DNA of 64,000 nt from Candidatus Tyrphobacter sp. (GCA_036567865.1 DATCTQ010000023.1:15995-79994); one strand, 5' to 3'; counted from the first letter of the stretch, positions 20,853 through 29,871 are shown. Notes: generated by a model not told the origin, from the sequence alone. Numbers and translations: made by a program.

Positions 20853-21135
20853 CGCCGTGGACGAGCTCTTGCTTTCGAAGGTGAGGCTCGGCATCGTCTC
20901 CGCACTGCTTGCCAGCGAGTGGCTGTCGTTCAGCGCGCTCGCCGAGGCGGCACAGACGACGGGCGGCAATCTTGGCGCTCACCTCGCGAAACTCGTCGAT
21001 GCCGGCTACGTAGAAGAAGAGAAGCTCTTCGTTTCCAGGCGGCCGCAGTCGCGCTACCGTCTCACCGCGCGCGGGCGTAAAGCCTTTCTGCACCACGTCG
21101 CACAATTGCAATCGTTCGTCAAAGGAGCCTCATGA
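20845..21135 (+). CDS. winged-helix transcriptional regulator
   Basis: GTG at 20845 overlaps the upstream stop. VRLGIVSALLASEWLSFSALAEAAQTTGGNLGAHLAKLVDAGYVEEEK matches an ArsR/MarR-like wHTH pattern. Confidence 0.65.
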   Translation: MHDAVDELLLSKVRLGIVSALLASEWLSFSALAEAAQTTGGNLGAHLAKLVDAGYVEEEKLFVSRRPQSRYRLTARGRKAFLHHVAQLQSFVKGAS

Positions 21136-22058
21136 AACGCCTCGCAACCCTCGTCCTCACCGCCGCCGCGTACGCGCTCAGCGCGTCGTTCGCTGCGGCC
21201 TCCGTTCCGCCGCCGCTGCCGCCGGCCGTCGCGACGTTCGACGTCGGATCGCTGCACGTCCAACAGTTCGGCAGCGGGCCGAGAACGCTCGTCTTCATTC
21301 CAGGCCTCACCTGCGGTCCGTGGGAGTGGAGCGGAGAGATCACGCATTTCGCGTCGTCGTACGCGGTGTACGCGCTCACGCTTCCCGGATTCGACGGGCG
21401 GCTGACGATTGCGGGCCCGCTCTTCCAAACGACGACGGCGGACTTTTGGAAGTTGCTCGAGAGCAAGCATATCGTCAAGCCGGTCGTCATCGGGCACAGC
21501 CTCGGCGGGACGATGGGCTTCATGCTCGCGACGCAGCATTCCGAGCTCCTCGGCGGCGTGATCGCCCTCGACGGACTGCCGATTCTGCCTGGAATGAACT
21601 TCATGCCGCGTGCGCAGGTCGAGCAAATCGCTTCGCGGACGCAAGCGCAGATCGCATCAACGACACCGGCGCAGTTCGCAACCTACGAACGCACGACGGC
21701 GGTTCCGCCGCTCGTCACCGCGCCCGGCGACGCGGCGGCGATCTCGATGCTTACCGGGAAGAGCGATCCGGGCACGACTGCGCGCTGGCTCCAAGAGGAC
21801 ATGTTGCTCGACCTGAGACCGCAGCTTCCCAAAGCCACGGTGCCGATTCTGCTGATCGCGCCGTTCGACGCGAGCGTAGATGCGCAATACACGCTGACGA
21901 CGATCGCCAAGAAGCAAGCGTACTATGCGAGCCTCGTCGCCGGCGCCCCGAATCTCCATATCGTGATGGTCGACCACTCGCGGCACTTCGCGATGTACGA
22001 CCAGCCGCAAGCCGTCACCGACGCGATCGCGCAGTTCCTTGCGACGGTGAACCCATGA
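21132..22058 (+). CDS. secreted alpha/beta hydrolase
   Basis: Signal peptide MKRLATLVLTAAAYALSASFAAA and nucleophile elbow IGHSLGG. ATGA overlap with the upstream gene. Confidence 0.8.
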   Translation: MKRLATLVLTAAAYALSASFAAASVPPPLPPAVATFDVGSLHVQQFGSGPRTLVFIPGLTCGPWEWSGEITHFASSYAVYALTLPGFDGRLTIAGPLFQTTTADFWKLLESKHIVKPVVIGHSLGGTMGFMLATQHSELLGGVIALDGLPILPGMNFMPRAQVEQIASRTQAQIASTTPAQFATYERTTAVPPLVTAPGDAAAISMLTGKSDPGTTARWLQEDMLLDLRPQLPKATVPILLIAPFDASVDAQYTLTTIAKKQAYYASLVAGAPNLHIVMVDHSRHFAMYDQPQAVTDAIAQFLATVNP

Positions 22059-23074
22059 AGACGCCACGCCTCGTTGGCGCGCTCGCGTGTGCGGCGACGC
22101 TGCTCCAGGCGCACGCCAGTGCGCAGACGCCGTCTGCGTCGGCATCGCCGTGGCCGCCGCCGTTACCCTCGAACTGCAGTACCGTCCGGCAGCCCTTCAT
22201 CGGGACGATCTGTACGCCGCCGAATCGCGGAAGGCATCCGGCGGTGATCCTCCTCGGCGGGTCGGAGGGCGGAGACGTTTTGGGGCGGGCGCTCGCGCCG
22301 CTCGTCGCCGCGCACGGGTACGTTGCCGTCTCGGTTGCGTATTTCAAGGAGCCCGGACTGCCCCAAGTGCTCGTCGACATCCCGGTCGAGACGATTGGCC
22401 GTGCGCTGAATGCGATTGTCGCGCGCCCCGACGTCGATGCGGCACATATCGGTATCCTCGGCGGATCGAAGGGCGGCGAGCTCGCGCTGGTCGCGGCATC
22501 GACATATCCGGCGATCACCGCGGTTGTCGCGGATGTGCCGTCGCCGTTTGCATGGATGGGACTCGGCCAGTATGGCGTGCCCGACGGTTGCTCGTGGACG
22601 CTCGGCGGCAAGGAACTACCGTGCGTGCCCGCCGATGCCGCAGCCGGTCAGCAGATCGGTTCCGAGTTCATGACCCATCGGCCCATCGTATTGCGCGCTC
22701 TCTACGATGCGTCGATGCAGAGCGATCCGGCAGCCGTGCAGGCAGCGTACTTTCACCTCGAGCGCATCCACGGTCCGGTGCTCTGCCTGAGCGGTGACGA
22801 CGACCAGCTTTGGGATTCGCCGGAATACTGCAAGATGACGATGAGCTATCTGCAGGCGCACCATCATCCGTACGCGGATCGCGCCATCGACTATCCGAAC
22901 GCCGGCCACACATTCCTGTGGGCCATCCACGGGCCGCGCTCCGCGATCACGGCGATTTCCCTTCCCGGCGGCGCGAGCATGGCGTTCGGCGGGACCGTCG
23001 CCGGCGACCAGCAGGCGGCGGCGCAGGCCTGGCCCGTGATCTGGCAGTTCTTGTCCCGGGCTTTGGGTGGGTAG
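22055..23074 (+). CDS. secreted BAAT/acyl-CoA thioesterase C-terminal-domain-like hydrolase
   Basis: Internal ATG at 22055 (ATGA overlap). Signal peptide MKTPRLVGALACAATLLQAHA. ILGGSKGGELAL resembles the BAAT_C nucleophile motif. Confidence 0.75.
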   Translation: MKTPRLVGALACAATLLQAHASAQTPSASASPWPPPLPSNCSTVRQPFIGTICTPPNRGRHPAVILLGGSEGGDVLGRALAPLVAAHGYVAVSVAYFKEPGLPQVLVDIPVETIGRALNAIVARPDVDAAHIGILGGSKGGELALVAASTYPAITAVVADVPSPFAWMGLGQYGVPDGCSWTLGGKELPCVPADAAAGQQIGSEFMTHRPIVLRALYDASMQSDPAAVQAAYFHLERIHGPVLCLSGDDDQLWDSPEYCKMTMSYLQAHHHPYADRAIDYPNAGHTFLWAIHGPRSAITAISLPGGASMAFGGTVAGDQQAAAQAWPVIWQFLSRALGG

Positions 23075-23083
23075 AAGTCACGC

Positions 23084-23497
23084 ATGAGCGTTCACGTCTA
23101 CGGCATCAACCACGTCGCGATCGAGGTTGACGACGTCGAGAAGGCGGTCGCCTTCTACCAAGATGTCTTCAACCTCGAGAAACTAGACGAGGGAGAGGGC
23201 GATGCGTTCTTCAAGATCGGCGAGCACCAATTTCTTGCGATGTTCGAAGTGGAGAAGCCGAACCCCGATCGGGTTCGTCACTTCGGGCTGATCGTACGCG
23301 ACGAGCAACAGATCGCGGACGTGCGCGAGAAGCTGACGAAGAAGTACGGCATCAAACTGGGGCCGCACTTTCGCTGCGACTTCATCGACCCGTTCGGCAA
23401 CCACGTGCAGGTCGTCGACCTACACGATGAGTCACTCGTCTGGCTCTTGCCGTATCAGGAAGTGCAGAAGGCTGGGATCGTCTTCACCGGAGAGTAA
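23084..23497 (+). CDS. VOC (glyoxalase/bleomycin-resistance/dioxygenase) family protein
   Basis: 137 aa. INHVAIEVDDVEKAVAFYQDVF and HFGLIV...DPFGNHVQV are typical VOC modules. Confidence 0.8.
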   Translation: MSVHVYGINHVAIEVDDVEKAVAFYQDVFNLEKLDEGEGDAFFKIGEHQFLAMFEVEKPNPDRVRHFGLIVRDEQQIADVREKLTKKYGIKLGPHFRCDFIDPFGNHVQVVDLHDESLVWLLPYQEVQKAGIVFTGE

Positions 23498-23502
23498 GGG
23501 CG

Positions 23503-24741
23503 CTAGCGGCGCTTGCGGCGCGAACTGTAGACGACGCGCGGTTTCGGCGGTTCGACGCTCGCCTCTGGAAAGAGCGGGTTTTTCGAGCGTTCGAGGCGTT
23601 TCCCGAGCAGGTACTCGATGCTCCTGATGAGCGGCTCTTCTTCGGACGAGACGAACGTGATGGCGTCGCCCGCGGCCTTGGCGCGAGCGGTACGGCCGAC
23701 GCGGTGCAGATACTCCTCCGCGAGGCCCGGAACGTCGTAGTTGATCACGTGCCCCAACTCGGCGATGTCGATACCGCGCGCGGCGAGGTCGGTCGCCACG
23801 AGGACGCGATATTTTCCGCGCTTGAAGTTCTCGAGCGCTCGGGTGCGCTGCGATTGCGAACGATCTCCGTGGAGCAAATCGCTCGCAATGCGGTGTTTCT
23901 GGAGCGCCGCGGCTAGGCGATTTGCGCGCGCTTTCGTTCGGGTGAAGGTGATGGCCGAATAGATGGAGTTGCCCTTCAGGAGTTCCACGAGCAGCTCGGT
24001 CTTCTTGTCCTGCGGAACTGCGTAGAGGGTCTGCCGCAGCGTTTCGACCGGTGCCGGCGCGCGTGCGAGTTCGACGCGAACCGGATCGCGAAGCATCTCG
24101 CGCACGAGTGCCGAGATCGCAGCCGGTAACGTCGCGGAGAAGAAGAACGTTTGGCGTTCCTTCGGCAGGCGCCGCAAAATGCGCTGTACCGCCGGCAGAA
24201 AGCCCATGTCGAGCATGCGATCCGCTTCATCGAGCACGAGCATCGAGACGTCGTCGAGCCGAGCGGTGCCGCGCGTCATATGGTCGAGGAGCCGCCCCGG
24301 CGTCGCGACGATGATATCGGCGCCGCGCTTGAACGCATCGACCTGCGGTGCGAAGCCGACGCCGCCGTAGACGGCTGCGATGCGGATCTTCGTATGCTTT
24401 GCGAGCGCCGTGAGATGCTGGGCGATTTGCTCGGTGAGTTCGCGCGTCGGCGCGAGAACGAGTGCCCGCGTCTTGCCGCGTGGCTGGCGCAGGAGCGCGC
24501 TCAGCAGGGGAAGGCCGAAGGCGGCCGATTTGCCGCTTCCCGTCTCGGCGCTGGCGAGAATGTCGCGCCCTTCGAGGCCGGGCGGGATCGAGAGTACTTG
24601 GATCGGCGTGGGTTCTGTAAACTTGAGGTCGTGGACGCCGCGCAGAAGCTCCGGCGGCAAGCCGAGGTGTTCAAAAGTAGGAATTGTTTTGCAATCTTTC
24701 ACGAGAGCGCGCGGCTCGATCGTCAACGAAAGATCGCGCAA
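23503..24741 (-). CDS. DEAD-box ATP-dependent RNA helicase
   Basis: Q motif FTEPTPIQ, motif I AETGSGKSAAF, PTRELTEQ, motif II DEADRMLDMGF, SAT, ARGIDI, HRVGRTARA. TTG start. Confidence 0.9.
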   Translation of the reverse strand: MRDLSLTIEPRALVKDCKTIPTFEHLGLPPELLRGVHDLKFTEPTPIQVLSIPPGLEGRDILASAETGSGKSAAFGLPLLSALLRQPRGKTRALVLAPTRELTEQIAQHLTALAKHTKIRIAAVYGGVGFAPQVDAFKRGADIIVATPGRLLDHMTRGTARLDDVSMLVLDEADRMLDMGFLPAVQRILRRLPKERQTFFFSATLPAAISALVREMLRDPVRVELARAPAPVETLRQTLYAVPQDKKTELLVELLKGNSIYSAITFTRTKARANRLAAALQKHRIASDLLHGDRSQSQRTRALENFKRGKYRVLVATDLAARGIDIAELGHVINYDVPGLAEEYLHRVGRTARAKAAGDAITFVSSEEEPLIRSIEYLLGKRLERSKNPLFPEASVEPPKPRVVYSSRRKRR

Positions 24742-24752
24742 AGGGTTTCCTC

Positions 24753-24782
24753 ATTATCGCACGGCGATGGGGCCGGCGTCAA
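24753..24782 (-). promoter_or_regulatory. sigma70-like promoter candidate for the helicase gene
   Basis: On the minus strand: TTGACG, 18-nt spacer, GATAAT. The -10 box ends about 11 nt before the TTG start. Confidence 0.3.
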
Positions 24783-24805
24783 ATCGGCGTCTTTGGCAGC
24801 GTCCT

Positions 24806-25042
24806 TTACGTGGAAACGGTGTAACGGAATTGGCCGGGTTTCCACTCGCAGACGCTGCCGTCGCGCATGACGATTGACTCGCAGCCGTCTACCTCCGGGT
24901 TGAAATCGGCGTTACGCGCCTTCGTGGCCGGCCAATCGACGTTCGGCTCTTGCCGCGCTGCAGCGCGCGCCTTCACGTACGAAAACTGCGGGCTCTTCGC
25001 CAACTCGTTGAGGGCTTTGACCAAACGCTGGGCGTCGCTCAC
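24806..25042 (-). CDS. small hypothetical protein
   Basis: GTG at 25042 overlaps the acylase stop (GTGA). 78 aa: VSDAQRLVKALNELAKSPQFSYVKARAAARQEP... No family recognised. Confidence 0.35.
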   Translation of the reverse strand: MSDAQRLVKALNELAKSPQFSYVKARAAARQEPNVDWPATKARNADFNPEVDGCESIVMRDGSVCEWKPGQFRYTVST

Positions 25043-27222
25043 GGTACCAGCGTCAATCGCTCGCGCGCGGCCGCCTCGACAGCATTGCGCGAGTAGGGTA
25101 GTGCGAGCAGCCGGCCTGCGATCCAATCCGCGGCTTCATCGGTGTAGTGGCCCGAGCCCGGCTCGCCGGATTCGCCCTGCGGGAGCGAGATGCCGCCGGC
25201 ATCCCAGTTGCCGACGTCCCAGATCGCGCGAAAACTTTGCGAGAGGGTCGGCGACTGCACGTGAATGGTGAATGCGTCGCCGTCTCCGGGGAACGTGGTG
25301 CCGTTCAAGAACGTGATGCCCATTGCGGCCAGCGGATGCAGAGGCGTTACGGCTCCCGCAACGCCCCAAGGCTCCACGATTGCTCCCTGCACCGGCATTC
25401 CTGGTCCAACCGCAAAGTCGATCGGAAGGCCGGGATATTGCGTGCGGCACTCAATACGACGGGCTTGAATCATGAGCGGCAGAACGCGCTGGTTGCCCCT
25501 CGCCGTGAGCCGAACCCGCGCGCGATAGGCGATGGTTCCGGCTCTTGAATCACTCGCGAAGCGGCCGTCCCATCGTGCGAGCAAAGCTACGGGAACCGGA
25601 AAGCGGCGCTGCATTCTTGCCCCGTAAGGATCCCGCACGTCGCACAGCACCATGCGCGCGAGATCGTGTTCGGGCAGCGAGAGTGTGTCCATCTGCATCT
25701 GCGCGAAGTGGCCGACGTCGTAGCGCGATCGCGCTTTGAGCAACTGCGCGATGCGGTAGGCGCGGTACGGCGGCGCGAACTCTGGGCTCAGGCGATACGG
25801 ATACTCGGGGCCGTACATCTTGTTGTTTGCGCTCCAAACGATCGCATCGCGCGATGGTGCGACGCGCGGCAGGCGCTCAAACGGAACGTTCGCGTAGGTC
25901 CTCGCGAGATCGCGCGACGGGTGGATGGAGCGCGCCCAGGCCGGGTCGTCCGGGATCCTTCCTGCGAGTTGATAGGCGACGCGACCAGCGGTATCCGCGA
26001 GCACGAAGTTCTGTGTCGGCCCTGGATACGCGCGGAGCGCTTGCGATGCGTCCTCGATCGAGTGCGCGCGATCGAGACCGTCGAATGTCGAGAGCTGCGA
26101 GGTCGGATCGGCGTATGCATCCCAACGCACGAGCACCAAGCGGCCGCCGGCGAGCACTGCGCCGAACTCGCGCGTTCCCCGGTAGTAGCGCGCATGCGCG
26201 GGCAGGCCGAAGCGAACTCCAAAGGTTTCGGTGACCCAGCTCCCACGGTCGAGATTCGCCGGAGCGTCGAAAACCGAGAGCGAGGCGACGGTGCCGTTGG
26301 TGGCAGCCCAGGCGATGCGATCGTTGTGTCCGAGAATGACACCCGGCAGTCCGGCGAGCGTCGCGCCTGCGGCGTGGTATCCCGGGAAGCGTAGATCGAC
26401 GAGATACCAAGCACCGGGAATGCCGAGTCGGAGATGGGGATCGTTGGCGAGCAATGCGCGCCCCGTCGTGGTGTGTCCCGCGCCGGCTGCCCACTCGTTG
26501 CTCCCCGCAGAGGGCGGGATCGCGAGACCTGCGATCGACGGAACGCAGTTCGGCGACGCGGAGATGCGCGTTAGTCCATCGGTGACCGGCGCGTCGTAGC
26601 ACGGATCGGTAAGCGGATGGAGGCGATCGTAGAGAGACGGCGACACCGCACGCTTTGCGATGTCGGTCCAGAGGTCGGCGAGGTCGAGCACGATGCCGAA
26701 GCTCGCGACGAGCGAATCCTGCGGCCGCCACGGCTGCGGTTGGTAGAGCAGCATGCGGAACTCAGGCGGCAGCGGTTGCGTGCGCATCGCCGCGTTCACG
26801 CCGTCGGCGAAGGCTTGGAGATCGTTTTGCGACCGCGCCGGAAGGCGCTCCCATTGCATCTGCGCAAGCTGTTCGACCGGCAACGTGCGCTCGCGTTCGT
26901 CGCTTTGCAATGCTGGTCGGCCGAGGATCTCCGCGAGTCTACCCTCGACGAATCGGCGCGTGAGATCCATTTGGAAGAGCCGGTCCGAGCCTTCGGCGAA
27001 TCCCTCGGCGAAGAACGCGTCGTGCTCGTTATGTGCCGCGATGTGCGGCACGTCGCGTCCGTCGCGCAGAATCGTCACCGGCTGCCAAACGCCGAGCCCC
27101 GAGATCGTGCCAGAGGTTCGCGCGATCTCGCGCATCCCGATTGCGACGTTTCCGGCGTATGCGGCTGCGACGACGATGAGTGCGAGCAGAATCCAAGCAG
27201 CGACGCGAACGGCGCGTCTCAC
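25039..27222 (-). CDS. penicillin acylase (S45 Ntn-hydrolase) family protein
   Basis: 727 aa with a signal anchor. Alpha-subunit motifs DAFFAEGFAEGSDRLFQMDL. Beta-subunit N-terminal nucleophile context GSNEWAAGAGHTTTGRALLANDPHL. Confidence 0.9.
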   Translation of the reverse strand: MRRAVRVAAWILLALIVVAAAYAGNVAIGMREIARTSGTISGLGVWQPVTILRDGRDVPHIAAHNEHDAFFAEGFAEGSDRLFQMDLTRRFVEGRLAEILGRPALQSDERERTLPVEQLAQMQWERLPARSQNDLQAFADGVNAAMRTQPLPPEFRMLLYQPQPWRPQDSLVASFGIVLDLADLWTDIAKRAVSPSLYDRLHPLTDPCYDAPVTDGLTRISASPNCVPSIAGLAIPPSAGSNEWAAGAGHTTTGRALLANDPHLRLGIPGAWYLVDLRFPGYHAAGATLAGLPGVILGHNDRIAWAATNGTVASLSVFDAPANLDRGSWVTETFGVRFGLPAHARYYRGTREFGAVLAGGRLVLVRWDAYADPTSQLSTFDGLDRAHSIEDASQALRAYPGPTQNFVLADTAGRVAYQLAGRIPDDPAWARSIHPSRDLARTYANVPFERLPRVAPSRDAIVWSANNKMYGPEYPYRLSPEFAPPYRAYRIAQLLKARSRYDVGHFAQMQMDTLSLPEHDLARMVLCDVRDPYGARMQRRFPVPVALLARWDGRFASDSRAGTIAYRARVRLTARGNQRVLPLMIQARRIECRTQYPGLPIDFAVGPGMPVQGAIVEPWGVAGAVTPLHPLAAMGITFLNGTTFPGDGDAFTIHVQSPTLSQSFRAIWDVGNWDAGGISLPQGESGEPGSGHYTDEAADWIAGRLLALPYSRNAVEAAARERLTLVP

Positions 27223-27224
27223 CG

Positions 27225-27533
27225 CTACGCCTCCACGTAAATATTCTCGTCGCTATCGACGCGCACGGAAAACGTTCCGACGGGCAATACCGCGGGCAGC
27301 GTCACGACGTCGCCCGTGCGCACGTCGAACGTCGCTCCGTGCCGGGGGCACACGATGCAGTTTCCTTCGAGTTCGCCCTGATCCAACGGTCCGCCGTCGT
27401 GCGTGCAGACGTCTTCGATCGCGTAGATCGCCCCGTCGACGTTGCAGAGCATCAACTCTGTGTCGCCCGCGTGAACGACCTTCGTCGTCCCCGGCGCGAT
27501 ATCCGAAACCCGAGCAACTCTATATTCGGTCAC
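27225..27533 (-). CDS. Rieske [2Fe-2S] ferredoxin-like protein
   Basis: Cluster ligands CTHDGGPL and CPRHGATF. GTG at 27533 gives a typical protein of about 100 aa. The track ORF extends to the ATG at 27659. Confidence 0.75.
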   Translation of the reverse strand: MTEYRVARVSDIAPGTTKVVHAGDTELMLCNVDGAIYAIEDVCTHDGGPLDQGELEGNCIVCPRHGATFDVRTGDVVTLPAVLPVGTFSVRVDSDENIYVEA

Positions 27534-27698
27534 GCATCTACTCTTAACCGCAACGGGTAGCGTACCCCTTCGGTCGAAAGCCTCCGACTTTTCGAAAAAA
27601 GCCAGGGATGGCGTACTTCCTTTGATGTTTTCGAAAAGCGGCGGAGTAGGAGCGGCCATGGACGGCCGCGACGAACGTCTCGAGACGGGAGGGGTACG

Positions 27699-29117
27699 CT
27701 ACCCGACCGCGCCTTCCATCTCCATCTTCACGAGGCGATTCAACTCCACCGCGTATTCCATCGGCAGTTCCTTGACGAAGAAGTCGAAGAAGCCGTTGAC
27801 GATCATCGCGACGGCGTCGGCTTCGGAGAGGCCGCGGCTCATCGCGTAGAAGAGTTGATCCTCGCCGATCTTGCTGACCGAAGCCTCATGCTCGACGGTC
27901 GAGCGTTGCTCGTGGATCTTCATCGTCGGCTTCGTATCGCTCGACGACTGGTCGTCCATGATCAACGCGTCGCACCGAACGCGGGTCTTCGCTCCCACGG
28001 CGCCGGGATGAATCTCCACCAAGCCACGATACGTGGTCTTGCCGCCGTGTGTGGTTACCGCTTTGTTGGTGACGACGGATGTCGTGTTCGGCGCGGCATG
28101 TATCACCTTCGCGCCCGCATCCTGGTGCTGTCCTTCGCCGGCAAACGCCATCGAGAGTATCTCGCCGCGCGCGCCCTCGCCCATCAGGTAGATCGAAGGA
28201 TACTTCATCGTGAGGCGCGAGCCGATATTGCCGTCGACCCACTCCACGGTTGCGTTGCGGTGTGCGTACGCGCGCTTGGTCACGAGATTGAAAATGTTCC
28301 GATACCAGTTCTGAATGGTCGTGTAGCGGATCGAGGCGTCATCGTGCGCGATCAGTTCCACCACCGCGCTGTGCAGCGAAGAGGTCGAGAACTTCGGCGC
28401 CGTGCAGCCCTCGATGTAATGAATCTTCGCGCCCTTGTCCGCGATGATGAGCGTGCGCTCGAATTGCCCCATGTTCTCGGCGTTGATGCGGAAGTAGGCT
28501 TGGAGGGGCATCTTCACTTCGACGCCCGGCGGCACGTAGATGAACGAACCTCCCGACCAAACGGCGGAGTTCAGCGCCGCAAACTTGTTGTCGGCCACCG
28601 GTATGATCGTCGCCAAATACTTGCGCACGATCTCCGGATACTGCTTGACCGCCGTATCCATGTCGCAGAAGAGCACGCCGGTACGATCCAGCTCCTCGGT
28701 GACCGAATGATAGACGACCTCGGACTCGTACTGCGCGGAAACGCCGGAGAGAAACTTCCGCTCCGCTTCCGGAATGCCGAGGCGATCGAAGGTCCGCTTG
28801 ATGTCTTCCGGGACGTCGTCCCACGAACGCTCCGTTTTGTCGGTCGACCTGACGAAGTAGTGTATGTTGTCGAAATCGATCTCGGAGAGCAGCGCCGTGT
28901 CGCCCCACGTGGGCATGGGCTTGGCAATGTAGATTTCATAGGCAGCCAGCCGGAAGTCGCGCATCCAGTCCGGCTCGCTCTTCATCGCGCTGATACGCTC
29001 GACGATTTCTCGCGTAAGGCCCCGCTCGGACTTGAAGACGTAGTTCTCCGGGTCGTGGAAGCCGTGCCGGTAATCCTGGATCAGCTCCTCGGGGGAGGCC
29101 TTCAGTTGGGTTGCCAT
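27699..29117 (-). CDS. sufB: Fe-S cluster assembly scaffold SufB
   Basis: 472 aa. Strongly SufB-like across the whole length ([19 protein letters not shown]..., [37 protein letters not shown]). Confidence 0.95.
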   Translation of the reverse strand: MATQLKASPEELIQDYRHGFHDPENYVFKSERGLTREIVERISAMKSEPDWMRDFRLAAYEIYIAKPMPTWGDTALLSEIDFDNIHYFVRSTDKTERSWDDVPEDIKRTFDRLGIPEAERKFLSGVSAQYESEVVYHSVTEELDRTGVLFCDMDTAVKQYPEIVRKYLATIIPVADNKFAALNSAVWSGGSFIYVPPGVEVKMPLQAYFRINAENMGQFERTLIIADKGAKIHYIEGCTAPKFSTSSLHSAVVELIAHDDASIRYTTIQNWYRNIFNLVTKRAYAHRNATVEWVDGNIGSRLTMKYPSIYLMGEGARGEILSMAFAGEGQHQDAGAKVIHAAPNTTSVVTNKAVTTHGGKTTYRGLVEIHPGAVGAKTRVRCDALIMDDQSSSDTKPTMKIHEQRSTVEHEASVSKIGEDQLFYAMSRGLSEADAVAMIVNGFFDFFVKELPMEYAVELNRLVKMEMEGAVG

Positions 29118-29154
29118 CGCCTCGTGAGCGTACCTGTAGGAAGGGGCTTAGTCA

Positions 29155-29182
29155 AGATTTTGAAGCATTAGATTCAAAATCT
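29155..29182. promoter_or_regulatory. perfect 10-bp inverted repeat, candidate operator upstream of sufB
   Basis: AGATTTTGAA, 8-nt spacer, TTCAAAATCT, in an AT-rich patch 38-65 nt upstream of the sufB ATG. It overlaps a possible minus-strand -35 box (TTGACT). Confidence 0.45.
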
Positions 29183-29220
29183 CCATTTTTCGCCCCTCGC
29201 CCTCCCTTATCGGCAAGCCC

Positions 29221-29249
29221 TTTACACTCGGGTTGTGGGGGGGTATGAT
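29221..29249 (+). promoter_or_regulatory. near-consensus sigma70 promoter for speD operon
   Basis: TTTACA, 17-nt spacer, TATGAT. Confidence 0.4.
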
Positions 29250-29254
29250 GGCGC

Positions 29255-29457
29255 GGAACCTGCGGGGGACCGCGGGTCGGACGGTTATGGGGAAGGTGCG
29301 CCCTTTCGCACCATCGCGACGAGTCGCCCGTGCACCGGAAACGCGCCGGCAAGAGCTCGTCGATAGGTCGGGGACGTGAACTGCACCGCAGGCGCCAGCC
29401 GACGAAGTCCGGAGGTGGGATTCCCCCTTAAGCAAGGGGCCCGAGGAGAAGCGGAAA
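29255..29457 (+). promoter_or_regulatory. long structured 5' leader of speD (candidate cis-regulatory RNA)
   Basis: About 200 nt, GC-rich and non-coding. Local hairpins include GGTGCG-CCCTTT-CGCACC, CTGC-ACC-GCAG and CCCC-N8-GGGG. There is also a 7-bp long-range pair CGACGAG/CTCGTCG. It ends at SD GAGGAG and the TTG start. Confidence 0.3.
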
Positions 29458-29871
29458 TTGAAGTCACTCGGTACCCATATCGTCTGTGAGCTTTCCGGGT
29501 GCGATCCGGCGGTGCTTACCGACGTGGATGCGGTTCGCGACATGATGATCGGGGCGGCCAAAGCGGCGCGCGCGACGGTCATGGAGGTCGCCTTCCATCG
29601 ATTTCACCCCCAGGGGGTTTCGGGCGTCGTCGTTCTCGCCGAATCCCACATCTCGATTCACACGTGGCCCGAGTTGGGTTATGCGGCCATGGACTTCTAC
29701 ACGTGTGGGGACCACACCGATCCTTGGCTCGCATGCGAGTACGCGGCGAAGATGCTGCGAGCGAAGAGTTCGATCACCTCGGAGGTCAAGCGCGGCGTCC
29801 TGCAGTCCGGCGACGGCCGTTTCACCCATCTCGTTACGCGCGACCACGACTCGCGCGTCCTTTCCGCCTAA
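29458..29871 (+). CDS. speD: S-adenosylmethionine decarboxylase proenzyme (small bacterial type)
   Basis: 137 aa. Self-processing motif AESHISIHTWPE and FYTCG motif. TTG start after GAGGAG. Confidence 0.9.
   Translation: MKSLGTHIVCELSGCDPAVLTDVDAVRDMMIGAAKAARATVMEVAFHRFHPQGVSGVVVLAESHISIHTWPELGYAAMDFYTCGDHTDPWLACEYAAKMLRAKSSITSEVKRGVLQSGDGRFTHLVTRDHDSRVLSA

Noticed and set aside
29255-29457. Possible identity of the speD leader with a known RNA class (cobalamin riboswitch 3' box, RNase P P4, SRP, ZTP, glycine, SAM-I/IV)
   Set aside because: AGCCGACGAAGTCCGG faintly resembles the AGCC-GAAGACC-GCC end of cobalamin riboswitches and the GGAAAGUCCGG of RNase P. The other invariant cores are absent: the GCCACUG B12 box, the RNase P P4 partner, the glycine CACCGAAGGGGCAA, and the SAM GAGGGA/GCAACC. 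The element is therefore left unclassified.
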